This document shows, in pieces, positions 51,218-64,000 of a DNA stretch of 64,000 nt. The notes beneath the pieces were generated by a model that did not search any database, had not been told where the DNA came from, and saw nothing but the letters and a program-made list of their open reading frames with translations. The stretch is from Styela clava (Eukaryota): the NCBI RefSeq assembly GCF_964204865.1, contig NC_135252.1:11718001-11782000 (forward strand), in the 5' to 3' direction. The translations under genes and the position numbers were made by a program. Numbering within the stretch: the first letter of the stretch is position 1; each line of letters starts with the position of its first letter.

Positions 51218-53832
51218 CCGACATAACAGAATTAAATTAACATAAAAAATATACACACAACATGAACACGGACATTATGTGACAATATCTAAACTTTAGA
51301 TTCTAAAGGCTATCTAGGATTTAATACTGAAATTTGCCCTTAAAATTAAAATAGGGCTGAAGGGCGATCCTTTGATAAATCATTTTTTCAATAAAGAGAT
51401 TCATAACTTTTCAATTCGTTGAATGACGTCGTCATTTTTTTGGTTCACTGGAATAATTTATACAACCATTAAATAAATTTTATCCAGTTACAGCACTTTG
51501 GTCTCGGAACTGAAAAGTGATGACGCAGTTTATCACAGTAACATGTATACTCTTACACTTACATCAAGTAGAAATATATCAACTCTAAGTATATTGCGCA
51601 GAGAATATTCGTCGTTATCTCCATTGCCCAGTATATACTATAATTTTCTGTTTGTATTTATCTATCCAATTTTAAATTGAAAAATATGTCAACGGTAGGC
51701 TTACATGCACCCAAAGGTGGAATGAAATGATAGATTGTGTCACAAATTATGAATTTCATTTGCTGTTTTCATTTATGATTTAGGTCTAAATTTAGTTTAG
51801 TTTTAATATTTGATGCTGGTGTAAATATGCAAAAATATCTCACTTGCATAAAAATATAGCCGGTGCTCCGAATGCAAGTCTCTTTTACTTTGATTTAATT
51901 GGATTGTATGCTTCTCTGCTAAAAACGATACGACCGCATTGAAGTCATTAAAATCTTGTTACCATTTTCAGATGATTCATTTTATATGTACTTATTATCA
52001 CGTTAATAACAAGTAATGTACAATGCCAATAATATCCGTAAAACTAATTTTTTATGCGTTTTAATCCCAGCAATCATTGTTAAAGAGTTTGTAGTGGTTT
52101 TTGGAATCAGATGAAAAAGGCTCCGATACAAGCATTTTATAGACATTTTAAACTGGAATCGCTCAGAAAAGATTATGGCGAGAGTAATGTTTCTCCTCAT
52201 ATAGGATGTGGTTCGATTTAAAAATCATTGCGTGATGCCAAGTGAGTTTTGGGTGTTTTTCTAGCATTTTACCTGTAGTGATTAATATCCTTCGAGCGTA
52301 GCACGTTTCAAAAATTTTCGCGACATTTCTATGAGATCATTCAAATATTAATACAAAGTTTATTTTCTTTGCCAGAGATAAGTGCTAAAATAACATCTAT
52401 TTACTAGAAAAGTTGCCTTCCGCATACGATAGGGGAGAAAATCGACGGGTTTGTTTTTGAGGTTGAAGGGCATGCGGATTGGCACAATGCTTGGTTTCGG
52501 CGTTCAGCATTTGAAATCTGATATAAATTGAAATCTGTGATAAAAAAGATAGATTCGATCACGTTTTCTTGTCAGGTTGAAATTCTGAGAAATCTCATCC
52601 TCTCGCCTTAAAAACGTGATGAGAACTAGTACAACAATGTTCGTTCGTGCTTGGTTGGACACAAGTGTTCAATTTGTACATAACTGTGAAATATTGGCAG
52701 TAAACTACTAGGCCTTATTCCTACCAACATTCAATATTCTAATTAGATCAATAGTCAATATTCCAAATATTGTTCTTGATTATTACGGTTAGTTCCGTTT
52801 ATAAGCGTTTCACAACTACTCTCCATTTAGTGCATTACCCGCTGTTCGTAGGGTTGGGTAAGAGATATGCGCTATCTCCAGCACTGGCCAGCATAGTTTG
52901 TATGAAATGGCATGAGTTATGAAGTTAGGTAATTATGGCAGATTTCAATCAGGTTTACTCGTAAACGGTTGATTTCAAACAAATTAATTCGGTTCGATAC
53001 TGGTAGCGGATCATAAAATGAGGCAATTATTTCACTCGGACAACCGAACGGCGTTATAACGGATACAAAAAGGATATCTAAGCGCGTGCTAATATTTGAA
53101 TCTAAATATAGTTTTAGCGTAAACAAAGATACGATAATCCAGCTTATGAGGCCAATAATAATGTCAAGTTTTTACACCTGCCCGCAGCTTAACAGCTTTA
53201 TACCTGGAAAACGTTCATCTTGTTTACAAACGTATTAGAATGTTTGAAAAGAATAGTTTCATTCACAAACAATCATTGTTGGTTACTGCCACAAGGATGG
53301 TTTATTCATGTTGTTTTCAATCCCCAGGTGTTAGATTTATATTCAGTTTATTGTATACCCAGAGTGAAGACAAGAATCTGCAAAACATGCGCATTTTTTA
53401 ACATGATTCAAAGATTAGATTTGATATGATAATAGCATTAATTAATAACTCACTGCATTGTGGCGGTTATTGCTGTCATGTCTTCGACATTTGTTGAACC
53501 CAGCGGCTACGTACCAAAAATTTCCAAAAAAATTGCATTTAAGCGACAATTTCGTGTAGGTAAACTAATTAAATTCTTCATAAATTACGACACAATATGA
53601 CCTCCGTGGCATTTGAAAAACAGCTTCCCCGCGTAGTGGTTTTACTTTATTCAAAACAGTTACACGCGATCACATAATAAACTTTTTGTTGTACTTTATA
53701 AAGTAAGAGCGTGAAATCTGTTGTATGTACAAAAGTATGGAGAAATCCTCACAAGAAATTGTTCGTCTGGCCACAAAATACGCCATTTTTGAAAAAAGAG
53801 AGAAATATATAAAAGACATGCTTTGAGTTTTA

Positions 53833-54244
53833 TTATGCTGCTTCCTGCGGCACAGCACCTGGAATGGGCAAAGCTCCTTCTATTAACTTTGCTGGACTTT
53901 TTTGCTTTGCGATGTCTACATCATCATCCGCCAGAATGTCGTCTACATCTTGAGCTGTCGTATCTTTTACTTTGTTTTCTTCCGCAACTTCATCAAGATT
54001 TTCTCTGCGAGGAGAAGCAACACCAGCAATTTTAGGAGATGCACGAACGCTGTCGTTAGCAGAAAGGCGTTGGCGATGTAGCATACTCCCCGTTACGCTG
54101 TTCGGGATGCGCTCTGCAACTGCTGTCGGCGTCCCCACTCCATTAGGCGACCAAATTTGCTTTGGTCTGTCCACTTGACCAGAATTCGGCAAGGTTGCAT
54201 TTCGTGTCCACAAATCTGAGCTGGGTTTATCTGGCTGCACATAT
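53833..54244 (-). CDS. Terminal coding exon for a low-complexity, probably disordered tail; likely exon 9 of the IFI44-like gene
   Basis: Open frame of ~136 codons with coding-like composition in AT-rich DNA. Acceptor TTTTCTTTCATAG (AG at 54246-54245) enters in phase 2, and the stop overlaps AATAAA. Phase-2 donors exist at the end of IFI44 exon 8 (TC|GTGATT after 55580; GG|GTTAGA a few nt earlier). Confidence 0.6.
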
Positions 54245-55575
54245 CTATGAAAGAAAATGTCTTAATGGACATCTAAGAACATAAAAAAAAATATATTGAA
54301 ATCATTTCAAGTTTCAATTCCCATACATTGCAAAATAAATAGTATAATTCAAATATTGATTGAAATTTCAAATGACCCAAACACGAATAAACATAAAAGT
54401 TCAGTCTCATTCTGTAGAATGAATATTTTATGTTCCTTCACCTTTGAGTATTACAGTACATCTCGGGTGTCATAATTTCCAATGCTGCTATTGGTGTCTC
54501 AACATCAAATATTTATCATCAGAGAAACTCAACATTTTTAAGTACTTGGCCAAACAAAGAATGAATTTCAAATAATACTTGCAAATGAAAATTTATTAAT
54601 AGCAACAGAGACGCTAGTTTATTACAAAGACGCTAGTTAAAACAATATACACATTATGTATTATATGGACTTATCGAAACTTTAAGAAAAATCCAAAATA
54701 TTTACGAATGACAGCTATTGCGCAAATCAGCCACTGCATATATAAACGAACAACACAGCCCTTTTTTAGAGTCAACAAACCTATATTATATTTTTGTACC
54801 CAATATTTTCAAACGGTTCTATTGCTCTACACAAAACAGTTTAATAGAATTAACATGTAGATATTACTATAAACTATCAAGACTATATTTTATAAACGCT
54901 TAAATTCTAATCACGAATTAATCATTCGTAAATATTGAACAAAGTTCAGGGCAAACATAGAAAGTCCGAGACATGCAAGTAACGATAATACCAGACTGTT
55001 GAACATCAGAAAACTTTTAGTGACAATACACAGTACTCACAGTACACAAGTTACTCAGTTTAAAAATTGAATATTGAATAAAATCGCGTAATTCAAGTAT
55101 AAAGTAATATTTTTAAATATACTTTATATATACGTATTTTCATATTATTCTTGTTATTACTTTGTGTACATATCGCCATCGAATAAATATAAAATTCTTA
55201 AAATAGGTGGATTTTGATTTATGATTTTAATTAGCAAACTACTGTGAACGTTGAGAGTAATCTAATTATAATATAGATATAATTAAAATAACTGAATGAT
55301 TAAATATAACAAAATACTGCTGAAAGTAACCCATTCAAAATATTCATTTGTTCATTTGTCTTCACTGGTTGTATAAATAATTCAACAGTTTTTATTTTTG
55401 AAATGAATGCTTGAGTTTAACTATACCAACATAAAAATATCACTCATTCCATGAATATATCTCATATAGTACATGCAATAATTCACTGGTATACAAGCAG
55501 TTCAACTGAAAATTCTTCAAATTGACCAAATGCTACAATATCGATCCATGCAACAGTTCGCATATCACAAATTAA

Positions 55576-58500
55576 TCACGATGCATCTAACCCAGTTTCT
55601 GAGGTCGAAAGACACTCATCAAAATAATTGTCCGTAAATCTCAGCATTTGTTGTAGTGCGCTCAGTGCCAGAGCATCTACCCAAGGATCAAGTTCGATTT
55701 CATGAGTGTAGTTTTTCACCGGCAAAATAAAACTCACGGGAACACCAATTTTTATGCTTGTCTGCAGTAATAAAATAAATACAAATTCTTTTGTTATTAC
55801 AAGAAGTAATGTAATCTGGTATGAGTAAAGATCAAGCATTCGCTCATTTACAATGTAGAATTGAAAAGACAAAAAGTCCGTTTCAAGATACCACCAAGTT
55901 CGGATATCTACAAAATATTCATAATCACCAAGCGTCAAATTTACCTCTATAAACCAGACACGTTTTATCACCTTGCTGGGATTGAAAAGATATGATCACT
56001 CGAATAAAAAAAAATTATTTCATTTTTTCAATTCATAAACTGTATTTATTAACTACTTGGAATCTCATATTGCTGAAAAAATACTACATTTTTCGGTAAA
56101 GTATAAAATGTTGTTAGATCAGAATATTTAGAAATAAATTAGGACTAAATACTCACCTGGGCTACAATATTTTGTATAACCGAACTTCGATATACCATCG
56201 AAACATTGGATGCTGTTTGGCTGCATGCCTTATCAATTTTAGTCAGCAGAATAATCATTGGTATACCTTGAAGTTTAATTATATATATAAGAAGCGAGAA
56301 TAGGTACGATCTACGATTGTTCCGTCCCTACTAACTTATTATGGTAAGGGACGTGGGATATCTGCGTGCGAAAAAGTGGCGTATGTTTCTAACACATTCA
56401 ATGCATTTTTAACATTACCGTACATTTTTACTCGTGTCAATGGTCAATGATAACTTGCAATTATAGTTGAAATAAGATATTCCAGGCGCTGTCGTCTTTG
56501 TTGCCATTAAAAAACAGGTATTACCTGATTTGACGTGATGTTTACGAAACACAAAATAATAAATACTAGATAAATTTGTGTTAGTCGTTGCAGGGCAATT
56601 ATATCAGTTTCGGAGATCAAAACGGTAATATAGTAGTAGTTAAAAATAGTACATCCAATAAGGAATGATATTGAAACATCACATATATATGTGTTTTAAA
56701 ACTTAATTCAAAAACTCATTTAGTCAATATGTTAGAGTGATTGGTATTGAAAAAAACGTTTTGATAAAATAAGCATAAATTCGTATTTATAATTTCATAA
56801 AATAATCAACATCCATTATAACGCAAAAATAATCACAAAATACTTCTTAATTTAGCTATAATCAAAAAGCGTACAATCTTTGCAAGGATACCGAAATTTG
56901 AAAAATCCTTTTTTACCTCTAGAGGTTATTTTCCCCCTCATGTCCGAAATTTTATGCAAAAGCCCTTCTCCCATGTTGGATATAGAATTTGCGTCCAGAA
57001 CAATAACGCAGCAATGTATCTTGTCTGATAACTTGGGCAATTTTATATAACCGTGCATTTCTTGAGAAATATTCCCTTTGTTGTCAAACTGTAATGAAAG
57101 ACAGATCTTGAAAATGTAATTTTCTAATTTTCATCACCCAGCTTTTCCAGCAAATGTCTACAAATGATAAACGCATTTCTTAATTTTAATACAAATCACG
57201 AAGTAAAGAAAAGTAGAGTAACTAGATGTAAATTCTTGTGCGCATTAGTGGATAATTCCCTTTTCGAAGCAGAGATTCAGACTGGCTACTGCAGGAATTT
57301 TTCTGGCATCTTATTACTGGGCAGTATACATGTCAACTTAATGATGTATTCACGTACTAAGCAAAATGTCAAAGAGCTTTTAAAATAAGCTTGTATTTAC
57401 ACAAAATATCAATTATTTATCGAGTTTGAAATTACGGCAATTTGAGTATAATTCAGAAGTGTGGATGCATATTTTTACCTCACGCACATCATAAATATTG
57501 CAAGAATGCCAATAACGCATATCCTGGGTAAAAATACATTGCAAAAATTTTTTAATTCCCTATCATTTCATGGGTCACACAAAATATTCATAAGAATATT
57601 ATAACATATATCAAATTACTGCCAATGTCAGCATATTACTGATTGCTGAAATGATCAAATTAAAAGCTGTGAGTTTTGCATAGAAAATGAAACATTATAA
57701 TAGGCCTACTACATGTACTATTTGTAGTGATCATAAAATGAGTATTATGCTCAGTAGAAGAGATTAGTATTTCGAGAAATAAAATGGAAAATGTGGAAAC
57801 TCCCATCATTGCCAAAGTTTGTGATTGCATCACAACAAAGTTATATCACAAAATGAGTTTGACTCATATATACCCGGCTAGGTTTTGACTCAATTCAGAA
57901 TAGCCCGAGGTCGGGTTATAAACATATACTCATTGCGGACTGCGTCTTAGTAAAAAAAAATGGCCAGGCTACGTTCACATTGTAAATCTTCCACCATTAG
58001 CGTCATATTGTTTTTTACAGTCAAAAGGAAAGTTTCTTGCAAACTTTTTGAAATGTCACCAAGAACGTTTTCTTTTGCAAATGTGATGTCTTCACCCAAC
58101 AGTTCGGTATTTATTACCAGGTGCCCACTAAGAATGAGGTCCATCGGCAAAAGATTGCATAGCTCAGCTTATGTTATAGACGCTACCACAGGTTATGGCT
58201 ATAAAAAATCTTATATATTGCATGGGATATTGTGGAATTCCGTTCAACCGAACTTTTCCTGATTGCGTTGAATTTGATCAGCATACCTACCCCAAATGAA
58301 AAACAAACGATACAAACTTGGTGATTTTCGGGTACGTGTCCATCCAGGATGTATGGCAATTCCGATGGATCGAATCCTTGTTTTCTTTCTTCTTCAAGAC
58401 CCATTGTGTCGACAATACGAAAATTAAGGACTTTTCCCTCTCTACCGTTACGAATTTGGTATGCTCGTAACTACAAGTAAATAACAATATTGATATCTTT

Positions 58501-61071
58501 CAAATCACGATTAAATCTTATATTGCGTTTTTAAAAAAATAGAATCGTTGTTTTGTCGAACACAATGACTCAAGCCTTTATGGAGGGACCACACGCACAG
58601 GTAAATTAAAAATATCATCAAAGCCATAAAATGGTGTGAAATGCTATTCCAAATATGACCTTCAAAAAACGTTTTGATACGGGTGTATAAGAAATCTGAT
58701 GTTGCGAATAAAGACAAGCGACCAAGTCTTCTTCTAATATTAACTAGGCGGTGCGTTCCGGGAAAACATTTTTAACTGTCAATTTACAAACCTTCATTTT
58801 ATGTATCTTATTGTATAAATTTGTGGATACACCAACGTTCCTACGCATACAATGTATTCGACTCAGACTTTTAGTCCTGAGGAGTTAACGCCAATTTGAA
58901 GCAGCATTCCAACATGCTTATTAAAGCATTCTTATACGCTTTGCATATGGAAGAGCTAGTTTCTATTAGCTATGATATACCAATCAACAACTTATATAAT
59001 CAATAAAATCAATACAAAACACCACCAGTTACGGTTTACCTTGGTAGTTATAGACGCCTCATCTAATGGACTTCCGACCGCAGCTTGCGCAGTCACGTGA
59101 TTGCGAAAAATTGAGTTGATCGTGTTGAAATATGACGACTTCCCGACATTGACTGGACCAAGCAACAATATACGGGCAGCCGACACGCCCACTTGATTCA
59201 GGGGTTTATACTCTCGAATCGATTCAATCAACGTAGATCTCGTCCTGAAGGATTATTACAATAAAAACTTTGTATTTATATAATTTTGAACGTAGCCACT
59301 GCTCATACTTCGTCACATATGAAAGTAAAAGACAAACCAGCCCTAGTATTCCAACAGCGAATAGAATACGATTGTCATTTTATATGTGTGTCAATTTCAT
59401 ACGGGCTATAGCTTAGTCGTAACGGTTAGGTCAGCTCTATCAATTCGGTTTTGGTCTGAGAATCCTATTCTATACTACCCCAAATCCAATGACTAACATT
59501 GAGCTTTTAATCATGGATTGCCTGAGCCACCACGCGGTAGCAAGCGCACTCGTCATTTTGCAGCACATACACGATTCACAGTTTAGTGAATGAAACTCAT
59601 GATCATGACATTCTGCTGCAGTAATTGAAAGGTATTCGGTTGGTTAATTTGATAATCCTAGTTCTTATAAATTTTATAGATCTAATCTCAGATATCATTG
59701 TTGCCACGTTTCAACATGCATGATAAAGTTTATCAAATTAAAACAACATACTGTTCATCCCAGGATAAAGTTCTCCATTCTGTCTTCATCAATGATCCTT
59801 GAGAAAGCACTAAAAATAAATATTTCTTGTTTGACAATGCATTAATCATTCAATCAATTATATCACTAACATTTTTAGCTGGTGAGAAAGAAGCAAAGCT
59901 AACATTTTTATAACATAAACCACAAATAGCACAGTTATTTATGTCTCAAATTCCCTTTTTATTATAATACCTCATGGCGACATAAACAGAATAATCTTAG
60001 GCCTGCGTGGGGGAAGTACATAACATGCTATTTGACTTGATGCAGACGATAGTGTACAGTTTGGACGGTACTTACTCGTGTTCATTTTGGCATTGATAGC
60101 TGCACTTGCTGCTGAAACAATAAGCTTTCAATTACAAACAAGCAAATGTATATAGCATTTTAAGCACATTAAACGACGAGAGCCAGCCGTGCATCATAGC
60201 GATCTGGTTGCTTTCTCAGCAGAACATTGTTTGATCACAACACAAAAGGTGTTTTATTCTTAGCATAGTTTGCCAAATTGATAGCATATTAATTTAACAA
60301 TTTATAGGCTCTGCAGCGTTCTGATGTCGATCCGAACTAATAGAATTAAAGATAATTTTTTTTTAAACTAGAACATGTGGAGTACATATTTAAGGATGTT
60401 AAAGCTATTAGAGTCAGCAAATGTTGACATATCATGACTCTGAAGTTAAATGACACTTTATGTTCGTTTACGCAAAATTGATATGCAGTGCAAAGCAAAC
60501 AAAACAAGAATATTCGATATTACAAATGATTAAACAAATCGCGCATATATGTATCATGATATTAAATGAAAAAGTGATTTCAATTACCATAATATTATAT
60601 AAGTCATGTAATATATAAGTCAGCTAGTCAATTATGGCAATAAAATGTATCGTTATGTCATACAGTGCTAGTCCGCATTTGATTTGGGTTATCGTATTCT
60701 AGAAATTGCTATTCAGATATAAACTACTACACGGAAAGAAATAATACGGCTTGATTTTCAGAAGGAATGATTTCTAATTTCAACCCTAAAAATGACTAAT
60801 GATTTCGATGTGATGAACAACGTCATAAGTCAACTTGATATAGTTCGAATATATATATTTACGAATAAGCGCATAGTGCATGCATAATATGAAATAATAC
60901 AGCAAGCAATTTATGATGCAAAAAAGAATACATCTCCAGTACTAATAATGTTATCTAAATTCATAAATCTTGTTTAGTTTTCTCCAAAAAAATTAATACT
61001 TATACATATTCATATGTGCTTGCGTGTAGAAAATAAACGTAATACGTACCTTTACTTGCACCAGCACCCAT
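55576..61071 (-). CDS. IFI44-like: Interferon-induced protein 44 (IFI44/IFI44L)-like P-loop NTPase, 8 exons, 313 aa if it stops at 55576
   Basis: Exons 61071-61050 (MGAGASK), 60111-60076, 59809-59752 (EWRTLSW), 59244-59040 (RILLLGPVNVGKSSYFNTINSIF, P-loop), 58470-58318 (IVDTMGLEE..ILDGHVP), 57088-56917 (DKIHCCVIVLDA), 56266-56157 (GIPMIILLTKID) and 55761-55576 (PVKNYTHE). These are hallmark IFI44-family motifs and the phases are consistent. Confidence 0.92.
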
Positions 61072-61172
61072 TTTTATTTACTGTCGCGTTAGATGAGCAC
61101 CAGAACAATCCCGTAATAAAATCTTCGCTTTATCTCTGCACAGTACTTCAAGTTAATAAGAATGTACCAATA

Positions 61173-61230
61173 TGACTCGTTTCAGTTTCAGTATCCCAGT
61201 ACAATGTATATTCTGAAAACGAGAAAGTGG
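61173..61230 (-). promoter_or_regulatory. ISRE/IRF-binding element upstream of the IFI44-like gene
   Basis: GTTTCAGTTTC at 61179-61189 (= GAAACTGAAAC; consensus GAAANNGAAA), with adjacent TGACTC and a second imperfect GAAAACGAGAAAGT at ~61215. It lies ~110 bp upstream of the ATG. Confidence 0.65.
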
Positions 61231-64000
61231 TTCAAATTATGCAATTCTTTTTCTTTTCACAGAATATGAAATAAACCGGATATTTTATTGCATATACTCA
61301 TCAGCGAGTGTCAAGAGTTATGTATAATGCATATTGTGTACTTAAATATTGATGAAGTCAAAACGAATTATCTCGGGGGCAAGAGGAGACTTTTGTCGAA
61401 CACATATATTGAAAAATTTATATCTGTACCTGGTCATCTTTGAACTAAACATAAAGCCTTATATTATTATAATTACGCGTCTGAGAACAATTACAGGTCA
61501 TATTAGTTCTTTCCAATTAACACTTACATACTCAATGGCCATACTTAACAAGAATATGATATGCAGATATATTTAACATTTAGTTGTGGTAAACTGAAAA
61601 TGATGGTTTGCTCTATTCACCCTGTAAAGGGTAGTTAAGCTGACTATAATCACAATCATAAATCTCGCTTTATAATGGTTTATAGTCATCTATTACCATT
61701 AGGCCCACTGTTATTATTCACATATATATTTATGGCCATTATTATACTTTGGTTAAATATAAATACGTATAAAATAACAATTTTTTCAAACTTATTATGA
61801 AGTGTTTTACATGTTTGCTCGCAGAAAACTCAAATACAAGCAGACTGCTTGTCTGTATCGTCGGCTACTATTTTAACCCAATAATCCTTCTTGTTCGGCA
61901 GAGCCTAGGAAATTGATTACATTATTTGGCAATGTAATGGAATTTGTGGTGTCTTACCCGAGACGTCGACATAGTCTGACCCAGCTCACTGACCTCAAAG
62001 TCATCCCGATTTTAGATAGAATCAGTTTCCGTCTACAGGAAGAGTGAAAATACCAGTAACCATGCACTCAGAATTTTGAAATTTCTTCCTTATCAATAAA
62101 ATATAATAGAAGCATGGAAAATTTTTCTATTTTGTAAGGACACCGTACGCATACTATTGCTACAGTAGATTTATTCATAAAATAAAATAGCTTACAACAC
62201 ATTATACTCTTATAATGTATTATATACTCATAATTATGTATAATGATAATCTGGTATTAACTTTTAACCACAATATGTTTCAATCGAAACTCTCTTCTAT
62301 ATACCCACTGAAGAATCAATCATTCTTAGTCGGTCATTACAAGTTTATAGCTGCAACACATTCAACTCATGATGGGCAAAATGTAGCATTGAAACGAATA
62401 TCGAATTGTTACATATAATTATGTAGATTAACATGGCAACAGATTTGGAAAGTGGAAACATATAATGATGTTTTGAAACCAAGTAGTTTCAAGTGGAGAA
62501 TAAGCACTCATGTATTTTACCTTAGTATTGTGTTCATTCGTTTTACCTATTTCTGAGAATTGTATTTATGTTTTTAACCGCTCGTTGGCGATCATGAGTT
62601 TCTAATATTGACGTCACTGGATTACCGAGTCAAAACTGACGCTAATGTGATCATTTTATGACGATATCTGCATTTTTTAAAAAGCGAATTCTAAAGTTGT
62701 ATTATATAGGGAAAAACATACTGCTAAATATGGCCCTTAGCAAACTAGTAATATTAATATATTACAAATGGTTGAAAAGGTATTACTGGCTAATTACACA
62801 TTATTACAATGAGGAAAACATCAATATACCGTAACTGAAGTAGATGTTGAATAATGTTGCTTGTTTGTTTGGGAATGGACTGCATCTTTGCTCTGTGTCC
62901 AGGTGTATGAAGATAAAATGAAATATGGGGGGGGGGGATCTATTTTCCACCGAGGCTGAATTCACCTCCAATCTCCTAAATATTGCAAAAACAATTATAC
63001 TTGTAACGTGTGGTAATGGCTAACCAAAGCTAATAAGCCTAAATTCTCCATTTAACATTCACACTGGATCAGTTTCAGGCTATGTGCGTAAATCGCGAGT
63101 GCTAACATTGAACAAATATGGGTTAGACTCGGCAAAAAAATAGTCGGTTTATTAAAATAATTTCTGCTGCACACTTAACTAGTAAACATCCATGAAAAAT
63201 ACTACAATTGTGTTAGCATTTTACCATGATTTCACTGCTAATAATATGTTGTACAACACATATGGGAGTTCATCTTAAGAGGATCAGTCGTGTCACGTAG
63301 TTTATACATGTTGTTTGACGATTTTTCCACATAGCTTTTTATGTGGTTCAAATTGCCTCTTTGACAAGAAGTTAGATATTGTCCACCGGGGCGGTGTCAC
63401 TGAATTTTCTTGACTTGTCGACAAGTATTCTGTGATTGTGTATTTATCTACAAGCTATAAGAAACTAACAATACGCCGTTACGTAGCGAGCGTTCATAAA
63501 AGACAAACTTTGTGCGTGCCGACGAAAGTTTACTCAACCATGGTTATTGTGTCGCCCCGGCTTGGTGTGAAGAGCGAACGAGAAAAGCGTTTTGTTATTT
63601 GGAGAGCGCTCGAGAGCGCTTAGTTACAGAGAATGGCTTCTTGGCAACGGTCCTACGCCATTGCACACGCGCTGTAAGGCTTTGATAGCGCAAAACCCGA
63701 TCAGAGAAGTATCGATTAGAGATATGTAAGGCATTGATTGCGTGTAGAGAATAGATTGTAACAAGACATATTTATTGTGAGGTTATCTGCCGGCTCAGTA
63801 AACAGTCCTTAGTGAGCCGATTAAGGACATAATTACAATTTATTGCCAAAAAGGCATTATAATGCAAATAGTTGATACCTACAAAGATAATTTGATTCGT
63901 TACTCCTTGTTTTGGGACTCACGGATTTTCGAAAAAAGTAACTTCTATGGTGCCCTTAAATAGTATTAATAAGCACAATGCTGAAATGATGTACCTATAG

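Noticed and set aside
57947-58262. Overlapping ORFs in IFI44-like intron 5
   Set aside because: Flanking exons join in frame without them, and no family is recognised.
63432-63730. GC-richer patch with a GTAAGG donor, possibly the first exon of a downstream gene
   Set aside because: Only a short ORF, and no downstream exon within the window to support it.
1-64000. CRISPR arrays or prokaryotic systems
   Set aside because: The sequence is eukaryotic and intron-rich. The regularly spaced repeats at 10.6-17 kb are coding exons separated by introns, not repeat-spacer units.

Overview
AT-rich, intron-containing animal DNA, most like an ascidian/tunicate (inference from gene content and intron style). 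Most ORF-track entries are spurious or single exons, so gene models were assembled by hand from splice sites and codon phase. (1) A >=30-exon + strand gene (~3.2-20.2 kb) encodes a large mosaic extracellular protein: SEA-like domain, acidic Asp-Tyr linker, 2 CCP/Sushi domains, 16 four-Cys TSP1-like repeats, a vWA domain and a tail with two RGD motifs. (2) The key finding is a convergent pair of small secreted precursor genes (35182-36281 +, 39213-41722 -). Each ends in a natriuretic-peptide/osteocrin-like ring (CGFGAPLDQISKNMFFGC and CPFNVPLDRISFSTGFGC) preceded by an extra Cys pair. Neither ring appears in the ORF track. (3) A decayed EF1-alpha pseudogene is split by a long-TIR element whose arms carry a THAP remnant. 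(4) A minus-strand IFI44-like P-loop protein gene has an N-myristoylation motif instead of a TLDc domain, an ISRE ~110 bp upstream and a probable extra terminal exon. (5) There are many nested non-autonomous DNA transposons/MITEs (hAT, TA-flanked, foldback, Merlin-like) and a tRNA-derived SINE family. There is one assembly gap (5521-5649).
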